In this document: in pieces, positions 1-10,478 of the stretch
Numbering within the stretch: the stretch's first letter is position 1
How the letters are laid out: every line of letters begins with the position of its first letter
Assembly (NCBI GenBank): GCA_043228905.1
Contig: JBHGNT010000137.1
Span: 1-64,000 of the forward strand
Length of the DNA stretch: 64,000 nt
Direction: 5' to 3'
From: Azolla caroliniana
Taxonomy: Eukaryota; Plantae; Polypodiophyta
The notes under the pieces: generated by a model
Told to the model about the DNA's origin: nothing
Databases searched by the model: none
What the model saw: only the letters and a program-made list of their open reading frames with translations
Position numbers and translations under genes: made by a program

Positions 1-101
1 CCCCCATTAAACACGGCCCTAGTTGAAGTCCATAGGGAACTAGCAAAGGTCAGCATGGGCGACTAGGAGATGGCCATTAAAAAAACAATGTTTGGAAGAA
101 G

Positions 102-641
102 GTGAAACTGACCCAAGTCGAGCTGCAAAAAGCCAACAAATGCATTGTGAAGTTGGAAACTAATGCGACTACGGTGCAACAGGCAACTCCGCCACCAAAC
201 CACGCCATCGACGCTTTGAAGGAAGAAATTGAGGCTCAGACTGCCATCGCCTCAAAAGCGAAAAGGGTTGTACAACTAGTGGAATCAGAAATTGACCGCC
301 TTCGAGCTGAACTGCGCCAATCCTTAGACAGGGAAAAGGAGATCCGGGCTAACGGCCGGAAGGCAGTAAAAACCCTTGAAGAGAAACTCGCTGCGGAGGT
401 AGCACAACACATCCAGACAAAAGACGAAAACGCCCAATTATGGGAGGAAGCGAAGAAATCGGAGGCGGCAATCGCGAGATTCCGGACCTTATTGGAGAAA
501 AGAAGGTATGGTTCAACGAGCCGCTGGTGGGCGAACAGGAAAGAAGGCATCAGCTCGAAATCCGCCTAAACAATGAAATGAGGAAATTAGAAGAACTCCA
601 TGCAAAGGAATCCCAACTGTGGGCGGTGCTGAAGACCACGT
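102..641 (+). pseudogene. Coiled-coil-rich ORF fragment (frameshifted), cut at 641/642 by an LTR; probably an accessory ORF of a retroelement
   Basis: ORFs 102-569 and 440-751 give E/K/A/L-rich heptad-like peptides in two frames; the sequence switches to LTR at TGTCG 642. No family recognised. Confidence 0.3.
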
Positions 642-1269
642 TGTCGAGGTATTCCTCGCAGATGCGTGGAATGAGGTGGGACCTCGGGGGTCTTGTACCG
701 AAGAGCAAGAGAGAAAGGAGAAGGGAAGGGACCCACTACGTGCGAGCGTAGATCCACAGGGACACGGCCCTTCGACACGAAGACGCGAGCGGGGGAAACC
801 AACACAGGGAGACACGAAGGTAAGTATGTGTATATTAACAGAGACAAACAACAACAAGCACGAAGTCGGTTACAACCGAACAGGCCGGCGAACAGATGTC
901 GATGCCTGTTCGCAAACGCTCAGAAAGAAAGGAGTAGGTTGGAGGTGCTGCCGGAAGCACTCGGGCATTCCTCAGAGCAGCGCGAGCCTCACGAAACCTG
1001 CACAGAAAGAAGCTACGGAGTATGGAAGAGAGAGAAGCCTTCGACCGGCATCCCGACAGCACTTCGTCCTCTCTGATTCCGCGATGCCTTCCCCCTCCTC
1101 GTCTCCCTCTTTTTATAGGCAAGGAAGGAGCCGTTTCCCATTAACTTCCTACCTACTGAATCTACCTACCTAGGATCTTCTATGTACAACATAAGGCGTA
1201 CGTGCATGAAGAGCCGGTTCCTATGCTCCGGTGCACCGATTCCGCTTGTGGACGGTTTTCTTCACGACA
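642..1269 (-). mobile_element. 3' LTR of a Ty3/gypsy element related to the central element
   Basis: On the minus strand it starts TGTCGTGAAG right after the PPT GGTGGGGGCGGA, has TATAAAAAG near 1117-1109, and ends ...TACCTCGACA (central LTR ends TACCCCGACA). The left boundary is less certain than the right. Confidence 0.7.
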
Positions 1270-1751
1270 TCCGCCCCCACCTAACCGCGCATCCACCGGC
1301 ATGCGCCAAATTGAGTTGGGACGGAGAAAACCGGTCCAGCCTCCATTCCCCGCCCGTCGGTTCTTCCTAGGTTTCGGATCGTTCGTCGTCGCGGTCCAGG
1401 TTAACCGGATCCGGCTCGTCGTCGTGACGCTTCTTGAACGCTTTGATCCGCTTCCCAGCTACCGGTATCGCCATTCTCGTGCCGTCGAGTTCCGCCAGAT
1501 GGTACGTCCCATTGTCGTTGGCGCTTTGGACCACGTAAGGCCCGAACCACCTTCTTGCGAACTTCCGTGTCGCTCAGTGCTGGTTGTCGAGGCTGTTGTC
1601 GTAGACTAGCACCCAATCGCCTTCCTCGATCTTCTTTGGTCGGAGCCGGTGCGTCCGGTCGAACCGGGCTTTGTTCCTCGTCCTTGCCACCCGAAGCTTT
1701 CTTGCAGCCTGCTCCACGTCCTCCGGCTTTCGCTCGAGCTGTCGTATGCGC
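1270..1751 (-). pseudogene. Gypsy integrase C-terminus (GPY/F region) plus PPT of a second family member
   Basis: Manual translation RIRQLERKPEDVEQAARKLRVARTRNKARFDRTHRLRPKKIEEGDWVLVYDNSLDNQH*ATRKFARRWFGPYVV is clearly homologous to ORF 7780-8298; it contains in-frame stops. Confidence 0.85.
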
Positions 1752-1807
1752 TGTCCTGAAGAATGTGCTTCACGATATAAAAATGAGCTTAAATGTTGTA
1801 TTTAATA

Positions 1808-1877
1808 ATATTGGAGAGACTTGAACCCACATCCTTATATACGATGTACAATGTACATACCACTAGGCTAGGCTATT
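1808..1877 (-). ncRNA. tRNA-like Pol III cassette 1 in U3 (copy at 8347-8416)
   Basis: Minus strand reads TAGCCTAGTGGT (A box) ... GTGGGTTCAAGTCTCTC (B box/T arm); T5 run at 1783-1779. No proper acceptor stem. Confidence 0.55.
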
Positions 1878-1943
1878 TATTTGTAAAATTATGTAATAAA
1901 TGTGCTTCATGATATAAGAATGAAGCTATATATTGTATTAAGT

Positions 1944-2013
1944 AAAATTGAGGGACTTGAACCCTCAACCTTGTATATCAAGCACAAACCATACACCACT
2001 AAGCTAGGTTATT
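1944..2013 (-). ncRNA. tRNA-like Pol III cassette 2 in U3 (copy at 8483-8552)
   Basis: Minus strand reads TATAAT about 27 nt upstream of the tRNA-equivalent start, CAA, TAGCTTAGTGGT (A box), TTGAGGG-TTCAAGT-CCCTCAA (perfect T arm/B box), then TTTT. Confidence 0.65.
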
Positions 2014-2180
2014 TGTTTTAGGGTTATATCCATCATTATACTTATCCCAATACATGGGAGCTCAAATGAGCATGATGGCTATCATGCATCACATGCAATG
2101 CATGTGCGCCAAATGGCGATCATGCATCAGATGTAACTCATGCATTACATGCATGAAATTACCATATGCATGGAAATACT

Positions 2181-2188
2181 TATAAAAA
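2181..2188 (+). promoter_or_regulatory. LTR Pol II TATA box
   Basis: CTTATAAAAAGAG downstream of a CATGCA-rich block; repeated at 8711. Confidence 0.6.
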
Positions 2189-2256
2189 GAGAGGAAAGGA
2201 AAACAAAAGGGAATCAAGGAATCAAGAGAGAGTGAAAAAATAATACAATCAATTGA

Positions 2257-2330
2257 AGAAGACTAGCTCATTGGGTGGAGAACCTCTCGTTTCGAAGTTG
2301 AGGTCGAGGGTTCAAATCAAGGGTCGGTAT
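2257..2330 (+). ncRNA. tRNA-like cassette 3 (sense) in R/U5 (copy at 8787-8860)
   Basis: TAGCTCATTGG (A box) ... GAGGTCGAGGGTTCAAATC (variable loop plus B box) with tRNA-like spacing. Confidence 0.5.
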
Positions 2331-2520
2331 TGAAAAGATTCATCTTGCGATCAAGGATTGTAAAGTTGGTAAAATATTATATTTTTAATATACATCATGT
2401 TTATATCATATACTCTTGTTCTTTGAATCATACTTTGTCTCAATCTTCATTCTAGAATCATACTTTGTCTCAATCTTCTTTCTTGAATCATACATTGTCT
2501 CTATCTTTTATCTATGCTCG

Positions 2521-2555
<35 letters not shown>

Positions 2556-2695
2556 TTACTTGTAACTCTTCATCTTACTATCCTTAACCATTCTATCATC
2601 GCCATACAAGCCTTATTAAACTTAAGTTTCTTCAACTCCCCTTAACCTTAGTCCCCGCGACTTCGCCGCACGAACCACAACTACCCCGACACATT

Positions 2696-2712
2696 TGGTG
2701 AACCCGACGTGA
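2696..2712 (+). promoter_or_regulatory. Primer-binding site complementary to the tRNA-Trp 3' end
   Basis: TGGTGAACCCGACGTGA is the reverse complement of ...TCACGTCGGGTTCACCA, the 3' end of plant cytosolic tRNA-Trp. Confidence 0.85.
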
Positions 2713-2730
2713 AGGCGGCGACGAGGAGAA

Positions 2731-4844
2731 ATGGAGGAGCAAATGAGGCTTATGTGTACGATGATGGAACGAGTGATGCGGGAACAAGGGATGATGGCAA
2801 GCATCGACAAAGCCGTCGACAATATTCTCACACGAGTAGGAATCTTCGAAGGTATAAATTTAACAAGATTTCTGAAGATTTATAATGAAGAAATGCTTAA
2901 ACGCGGTGTCGACGAAGCTACAAAAATTAATAGCTTTAGTCGAGTCGCTGCGATTGGGCTACAAGAGAGGATCCAAGAGCTCCAAAGGGAGAATCAGACA
3001 TGGACAACATTCGAAAGGGCATTACTGAATGAATACAACCTCAACGATATGTCAAGGATGACAAGGCGAGCTTTCATGGATTGGTAGAGTCTAATAAACA
3101 TTTAAGTGTTTTGGAAGTATTAAAAGAGTTTTCTGAAAGATTTGAGCAACTAAATGTTAGAGATAGAAATATAATAGTGCCAGATAAAGTAATATTGTTT
3201 CTACAAGCTACTAATATTAAAGACAGGAAGGACTTGGGAATGCTTTTAGAAGATCAGAATAGTCCAAGTGGACTTACCGAAGATTGGGAGGAGGTGAAAA
3301 GGGCGTGCGCCCATTTCTGCAAAAGAAAGTTATGGTTTATGGAGTTGCCCGACAGAAATGATGAAGAAACGGGGAACGAGTCAGGAGAAAAGAAAGTAGA
3401 AGAATCACTCTTACACGAATTAGTGAAAGGCATGAAAGACTTGTCGATCAAAGTGACGAAGCTAGAATCGGGACAAAGCTCAACTTCATCAAGGCAGGGA
3501 GGTGGAATGGTCCAAAGGTGTATGTGGTGTGATAGTATCGACCACCAGAAGAAAGATTGTCAAGAGCATAGGGATGCTCTTAATCATAATAAAATCTACT
3601 ATCAAGATGGCAAGATTCACTCAACTGAGACTCGACAACCACTTCAACTCAACTTCGGGCGAGGAGGAATGAAAAGGCTAATGGAAGATGCCGAGAGAGA
3701 AACGACTCAAACGATACAATCCGTGGCAACCTTAGGATTGCGCGTAGAAGACTCATATGGTGGATCTGGCTTTTGGCAAGATGTGATGGATTATGCAAGA
3801 AAAGGGAAGGTTCGAGTGGATGAATTAAAAAGAACGGGAGATGAAATACGAAACTTCACTGGATGGAATGATCCAGTAGACGTGCTATCAGCATTCGCCC
3901 AAGTGAATGCACAAGATGTGCTAGTGGAAGAGAAGCGGAAGAGAGCTGAGGAAGCTGATCCGACAAAGAGACATGAGACACGAGAACAAAAGAGAAGGGA
4001 GATGGAAAAGGGTGCTATTGAGCCGAAGGAAGCTGATAAAGTAAAAGGAAAGACAGGCCCATCTTTCAAGCTTGCCTCAGACATAGAAACAACGACGGAT
4101 ATAAAAAAGGTACTAGAAACAAGAATATTAAATAGTAAGGTAGAATTTACTTTAAGAGAAGTGTTGGGTATAGCAAAGAAAGAATTTCATGAAGTTATCA
4201 TAGATATTATTAGAAGGAAGAGACAGGTGACGGAGGAAATTACGGGAGGGTGTGCAGCAACACTCCAAGATTTGTATGGTGGCACCATCAATGCTGCAAG
4301 TGTAAAAAACCAGAATGATGTTGGCGTCCATGAAGGGGATAGGAGTCACTATACAAGGGACCATTGGGCTCGAGCAACATCGGAGGCACCTGCAAAAATT
4401 GGGGAGCAGCAAATTCCATGTATTGCTTTGATCGATCATGGGTCAGAGATTAACATGATGTCATCGGAATTTTACGCTCGAGGACGATGGCCGATCGACA
4501 AGAATCATGGGTGGAAAATAAGAGCTGCCACAGAAACTACGGAGGATCTATTCGGAGCATGTCCTAGTGTGAAGGTAACAATTGGTGATGTCTCGGTGAA
4601 TCAAAATTTCTTTGTGCAGGATCGATCAACCTACCCCGTCATCCTTGGCCAGCCCTACATCACCGCAGTGAGGATGGAAACAAAGGTTATTGATGATGGT
4701 TCGGCTTTCGCGAGAATCAAGAGTCAAGATGGAAGAAAGACTGTCCAATTCTTAACCGTGAGGCCCAACCATGAAAGAAACAAAGAATGCTTGAGGGAAC
4801 ATCCAATTCAAGAGATGGATGAAGAGTTTTCCCAGGATTTTTAG
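2731..4844 (+). pseudogene. gag-pro: gag-protease ORF (one frameshift near 3083)
   Basis: ORFs 2731-3087 and 3081-4844; zinc knuckle CMWCDSIDHQKKDC; aspartic protease LIDHGSEINMM ... VILGQPY. Confidence 0.9.
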
Positions 4845-4878
4845 ATAGGGCTTTTACAGGTAGGGGCTGTGATAGCCC
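4835..4878 (+). promoter_or_regulatory. Putative -1 programmed ribosomal frameshift signal
   Basis: G GAT TTT directly before the gag-pro TAG, a 6-nt spacer, then a 12-bp hairpin GGGCTTTTACAG/CTGTGATAGCCC; the -1 frame is open into pol. Confidence 0.75.
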
Positions 4879-7800
4879 GAGCATAAAAGAAAACCTCATA
4901 AATAATAATGTAAATAAAGATATTCCTTGTACAATCTCATCTAATGGTGCTACTTTTATACTAAAAGTAAATAATAATAAAATACAAAATGCTTTCGAGT
5001 ACTTTAAGTGTTCTGGATTAATAGATGATGATGAAGAAATTCAGGATATGTTTGAAGAATTAAGTTTTGAAGATACAATAACTCATTTGGAAGCAATGGA
5101 AGAAGACAACGAAATCCAAGTTCCTGTCCATTCAATCAAGATGTATGAGGTCATTGAAGAAGTTGCTCGAAAGGATCATGAAGCACATGTACTAACAAAG
5201 TACAAGACAGTGGAGAAGAAGGTTCGTCCTATTGCTGCTCCACTTCCAGGGGATAGTGAAAAGGCAATCAAAGAAGCAGCCACAGAGCCAATGATCAGAG
5301 ACCCACGAAAGGTAGGACATGTGTTTACTCCGGAAACAATACAAGGGATGAAAATAGGAGGGGGTGACTTCCTATTACCCGCTGAAGAAAAGCAGTTCAG
5401 GGAGATGTTAAAAAGGCATGGAAAGGCGTTCGCATTCCAACCGGAAGAAATAGGGTGTGTGGATCCAGAAATTGTGGAGCCCATGGTTATATTCACTATT
5501 CCTCATATTCCATGGAACTTTAAGCCAATACCCATGCCTAGGGCTAGAATCCCTCAACTATTAGAACTTTTGAAAGAAAAGATAAGGATGGGTATCTTGG
5601 AACCATCGAACGCTCCTTACTCGAGTCGATGGTTCACTGTGTTAAAGAAAGATGGGCGACTCCGATTTATCCAAGATATGCAACCCGTGAATAAGGTAAC
5701 AATCCGAAACTCGGGAGTAGGGCCAATTGTGGATGAGTTTGCTGAGATGTTTGCAGGAAGAGCTATATATTCAATGGGAGACCTTTATTCCGGGTATGAT
5801 CAATTTCAACTTGCTATCAAAAGTCGAGATATAACTTCTATCAAGACACCTATAGGGTTAGTACGGATGTGCACCTTGCCGCAAGGAGCAACCAACTCAG
5901 TGGCGCATATGATGAATGGAATGAACAAGGTACTTCGTGATTTTATTTCTCATATTACAATGCCTTTTCTAGATGATGTTCCAATTAAGGGATGCAAGGA
6001 GGAAGAGAAGAACGAGGAATTGGACGAAAGTGGTTGCCGTCAATTCATTGCTGATCATATCAAGGATTGTGAGAAGGTGCTATCAAGGATGGAAGAAGTG
6101 CATTTGACCTTATCAGGGGCGAAGTCAATATTTGGGGCAAAAGAGATATTAATAGTTGGTCATATGTGTGGCCCGTATGGGAGAAAGCCATCCCCAACCA
6201 AGGTCAATGCAATTCAAAATATGCAAGAGGAATGTACATCCATCTCAGAAGTACGAAGGTTTCTGGGGGTATGTGTTTTTTACTGTAAATGGATTCCGCA
6301 TTATGCCCATTTATCTGAACCTTTATATAGACTCCTAAGAAAAGGAGAGACATTTGAATGGAGTGAAGAGCATTCAGAGGCAATGAAGAAATTGAAGTAC
6401 TACTTGGCACAAGCTCCACCATTAAAGCAACCAGACTACACCCGGCCCATATATCTCACAGTAGACTCTAGTCCCATTGGAATTGGATGGGTGATAAGCC
6501 AACAAGATAGGGAAGAAAGGTATCCAGTCCGATTCGGGGCAAAGGTTCTTAGTGGTCGACAAAGAAAATATGCACAGGTGAAAAGAGAGCTATGGGGGAT
6601 AGTAACAGCTGTAAAGACAGACAGAGATTACTTAATTGGTGCTGAAGTAATAATAGAAACAGATTGTTTGCCTATTCTGGGTATCATAGCTAATTGTGAT
6701 ATTCCAGATCAAGCCATGTTAAGATGGTGTATCTATATTAGATCAATCAACCCTGAAGTTCGACATATCTCTGGGAATAGAAATGCAGTAGCATATATGT
6801 TATCAAGAGCAAGGTATAAGGAAGAGGAGATTCCAGACTCGGACGATGAGGACAAAGAACAAACAGTCCTTACCACAAGCATTACTCGGGAAGGAGGAAT
6901 GCAGTTTCTAGAAGAGGAGTATGAAGAAGAATTCAAGGAAATAGGGAAATACCTACAAACCCCTGACAAGTACAAAGGTCGATCTGGAAAAGAGTTCGCA
7001 CAGTTTCGCAAGAAAGCCCATAAGTTCTTTCTGCATGAAGGATATCTATGGCGACATCCGAAAACCAAGACTAGAAACCCGCAAAGAGTAATAGGTTCTG
7101 AAGGGCAAAGAAAGGAGATAATCAAAGAGCTGCATGACAAAGAATGGGCTGGTCATCGAGGAGTGTGGGCCACTTTCAGTAAGATTAAAGAACGATTTTG
7201 GTGGCCTCGATACTATGAGCAAATAAAAAAGTATGTGGAAACTTGTCCCACTTGTCAATATTATTCAAATGTAAAATTTTGTGATGAATTACACCCAACA
7301 TACTCACCGGGGGTGCATTACAAGTGGATGATAGATTTGGTAACAATGCCACTTGGAGTAGGACAAAAGAGATACTTGGTTCTTGCTAGAGAAGATCTAA
7401 CAAATCAAGTGGAAGGTCGTTCATTGAGAACAAAAGGGACATTAGGAGTATGTCAATTCATCTTGGAGGACATTGTTTGTAGATATGGATGTATCGGGAA
7501 GATAGTGGCAGATAGGGGAGAACTCAATTCTGCGGAAGCTCAAGATTTTTTCGACAAAATAGGAATTCGGCTTTCTTTGACAACGGCGTACAATCCAAAA
7601 GCTAATGGAAAGGTAGAAAGGGGACATGGGCAATAGTCAAAGCTTTGGCAAAGGCATGTAGAGGACGGGTTAGTGATTGGCCAAAAACCTTACCCTATGC
7701 ACTATGGGCTGATAGGACAACTCACAGCACTGTTACTGGATATATGCTTGCAGAATTAATCACATGACAGAAGCCAATAATGCCAATTGAAGAAAAGATA

Positions 7801-8298
7801 ACTACATGGGCTGTGTTGCCTTGGGAATCGGAAATGAGTAGGGAAGATTTACTTGCGGTTCGAATACGACAACTTCAATCAAGGATAGAAGACATAGAAA
7901 AAGCAGCTACTAGATTGAAAGAGGCAAGAATCAAGAATAAGGACAGATTTGACAAGATGAAAAGAATACGACCAAGAAAGGTGCAAGAGGGAGATTGGGT
8001 ATTAGTATATGATAATAGCCTAGATAATCAATACAGTACTATTCGGAAGTTTGCAAAAAGATGGTTTGGACCTTATGAAGTTAGGAAAATAACAGATAAA
8101 GCCACATATTTCCTCAATGAATTAGATGGGACAGAAATTCGTATCCCAATTGTAGGAAAAAGGATTAAAATATTTAAAAGGAGGGAGTCATTAGAGCCTG
8201 AATTTTATGAAGAAGTAGAAGAACTAAAAGAATTGGAAGAAGTGTTGGATGAACTCTGCACAACCAATGTGCAAGTTCAGAGGGGGTGGGTGTCGTGA
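4841..8298 (+). pseudogene. pol: pol (RT, RNase H, integrase); frameshift near 7632 and premature TGA near 7765
   Basis: RT motifs DLYSGYDQ, LPQGATNS, FLDD; RNase H VDSS ... ETDC; integrase HDKEWAGH ... CPTC, D-D-E and WFGPY. The reading frame runs through the PPT and stops inside the 3' LTR. Confidence 0.93.
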
Positions 8299-9049
8299 AG
8301 AATGTGCTTCACGATATAAAAATGAGCTTAAATGTTGTATTTAATAATATTTGAGAGACTTGAACCCACATCCTTATATACGATGTACAATGTACATACC
8401 ACTAGGCTAGGCTATTTATTTGTAAAATTGTGTAATAAATGTGCTTCATGATATAAGAATGAAGCTATATATTGTATTAAGTAAAATTGAGGGACTTGAA
8501 CCCTCAACCTTGTATATCAAGCACAAACCATACACCACTAAGCTAGGTTATTTGTTTTAGGGTTATATCCATCATTATACTTATCCCAATACATGGGAGC
8601 TCAAATGAGCATGATGGCTATCATGCATCACATGCAATGCATGTGCGCCAAATGGCGATCATGCATCAAATGTAACTCATGCATGACATTACCATATGCA
8701 TGGAAATACTTATAAAAAGAGAGGAAAGGAAAACAAAAGGGAATCAAGGAATCAAGAGAGAGTGAAAAAATAATACAATCAATTGAAGAAGACTAGCTCA
8801 TTGGGTGGAGAACCTCTCGTTTCGAAGTTGAGGTCGAGGGTTCAAATCAAGGGTCGGTATTGAAAAGATTCATCTTGCGATCAAGGATTGTAAAGTTGGT
8901 AAAATATTATATTTTTAATATACATCATGTTTATATCATATACTCTTGTTCTTTGAATCATACTTTGTCTCAATCTTCTTTCTAGAATCATACTTTGTCT
9001 CAATCTTCTTTCTTGAATCATACATTGTCTCTATCTTTTATCTATGCTC

Positions 9050-9108
<59 letters not shown>

Positions 9109-9243
9109 TACTTGTAACTCTTCATCTTACTATCCTTAACCATTCTATCATCACCATACAAGCCTTATTAAACTTAAGTTTCTTCAACTCCCCTTAACCT
9201 TAGTCCCCGCGACTTCGTCGCACGAACCACAACTACCCCGACA
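8291..9243 (+). repeat. 3' LTR (953 bp)
   Basis: TGTCG...CGACA after PPT AGGGGGTGGG; differs from the 5' LTR by about 8 substitutions, a 9-bp indel and microsatellite length. Confidence 0.95.
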
Positions 9244-10478
9244 ACGCTTGTCGTAAGGATGACATTGAAAACCTCTCCTCCTCGTCATCCAACTCGAGTT
9301 GTAACGCTCGTTCAATCACCATATCCGTTGTTTCCCCTTTCACGTTATTGCTGTTGAGCGTTGCCCTGATGGGCCGGCGTAACGCTGCCAGAAATGTTTC
9401 CCGTGCCTCCTCCTCCGCAAGGCTTCGATCCAGTTTTCATCGTAAATTTTGGAACCGTAAGCTGAAGTCTGCTATTGTCTCGGTCGGTAGTTGCTTAATT
9501 GTATAAAACTGCCCGAGAATCTCGCGTTGTGGAACCCTCCGGTGAAAAAAACGCAAGAAGGCGGACTAGAGCTGATCGAAGGTTGTTATGGCCGGTAAAT
9601 CCATCTATGAATGCCAGAACGCCGCACGCCCATCTAATGTTAATCCGAACTCCGTCATTTTCGACTGGTGTGCCACCGTCTCGGAAAGGTTCTGTGCCAT
9701 GTGGTTCACATTCCAAACGTTCAAGAACATGCGAACATGAATTGCGGTGTCGGTTTCGCCGTTAAATCGGAGAAGGTCACCGGGAGGCTGCGGTAAGCGT
9801 GGTCCCCTCGCCTCGTCGAGGTATTTGGGGAGCAAGGACTCCTCTTTGCGCTCCTGGCAGGTATTACTGGGGTCGCCGATGCGTGGCTTTTGTCGAGCGT
9901 GTTCTTCTGCCTGGCGTGTGACGAACCTTGTTACTGGCCGGTCTTGTCTTGTTGGTTCTCTGAGTCGTTTGCAGCTAAACATCCATTCGTTGTTGCTCGT
10001 CTGTGAGGAAACACAGATCACTAAGCGTGCCAAAAGTGTTGCCTCTTAGGATACATGGTCCGTGGTCAGTCCTTCGACCTAGACCCCAAGGTGGGTGTGG
10101 AACAACGAACAGAGCTTAATCGTACTACGTAAGGAGAGAACCTCTGTGATTCCTCCGTGTGTAAGGGGATACGGCTACAACCGACTCCTTATCACAGGTT
10201 GCGCTTACGTACTACTACGATTACGTATTCGAGACACAGACACTGAATTAGCCGTAGCTATACACAAAAACTCAGAGAAGATAGTATTCTATTATCAGGC
10301 GTTCTTTTACAATTCCTAGAATTTACACGCACCTCCTTACGAGGTTTTCTGCCCTTTATATATGCAGGGTCTAATTAGTCGTTCACGCGTACCCGCGTGA
10401 ATAGTTACATACGTTACGCTTTATATAGTTTCTTATTCCTACGCTTTTGGTCGTCGGTTACTATTCCGGCAGACAACA
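9244..10478 (-). mobile_element. 5' part of a different gypsy element (Tat/Athila-like): LTR 10478-10037, degenerate tRNA-Arg-like PBS, gag fragment
   Basis: TGTTG...CAACA LTR with TATATAAAG; then TGGCACGCTTAGTG; then retrotransposon gag-like RFNGETD ... TLDGRAAFW ... IKQLPTETIADFSLRF with stops. Confidence 0.7.

Larger units (their letters stand above)
1752..2691 (+). repeat. 5' LTR (940 bp)
   Basis: TGTCC...CGACA; direct repeat of 8291-9243; TATAAAA at 2181; 30-bp x3 repeat at 2425-2510; (CT)n(CA)n tract. Confidence 0.95.
1752..9243 (+). mobile_element. Near full-length Ty3/gypsy LTR retrotransposon (non-chromovirus, tRNA-Trp primed), inactivated
   Basis: Two ~99% identical LTRs, PBS 2696-2712, PPT 8281-8290, and gag-zinc knuckle-PR followed by RT-RNaseH-IN; no chromodomain seen. 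Confidence 0.95.

Noticed and set aside
642-1269. This LTR as the partner of LTR 11656-12635
   Set aside because: They share only the first ~11 nt; the internal sequences differ.
1808-2330. LTR modules as functional tRNA genes
   Set aside because: No 7-bp acceptor stem and no regular anticodon arm; only promoter boxes and the T arm are tRNA-like.
2425-2510. CRISPR-like array (also 49406-49507)
   Set aside because: Head-to-tail repeats without unique spacers, in eukaryotic context with no cas genes.
3075-3090. Programmed frameshift within gag
   Set aside because: No slippery heptamer or stem; the sister element reads through this motif in one frame (MKWIEK), so a 1-nt deletion is more likely.
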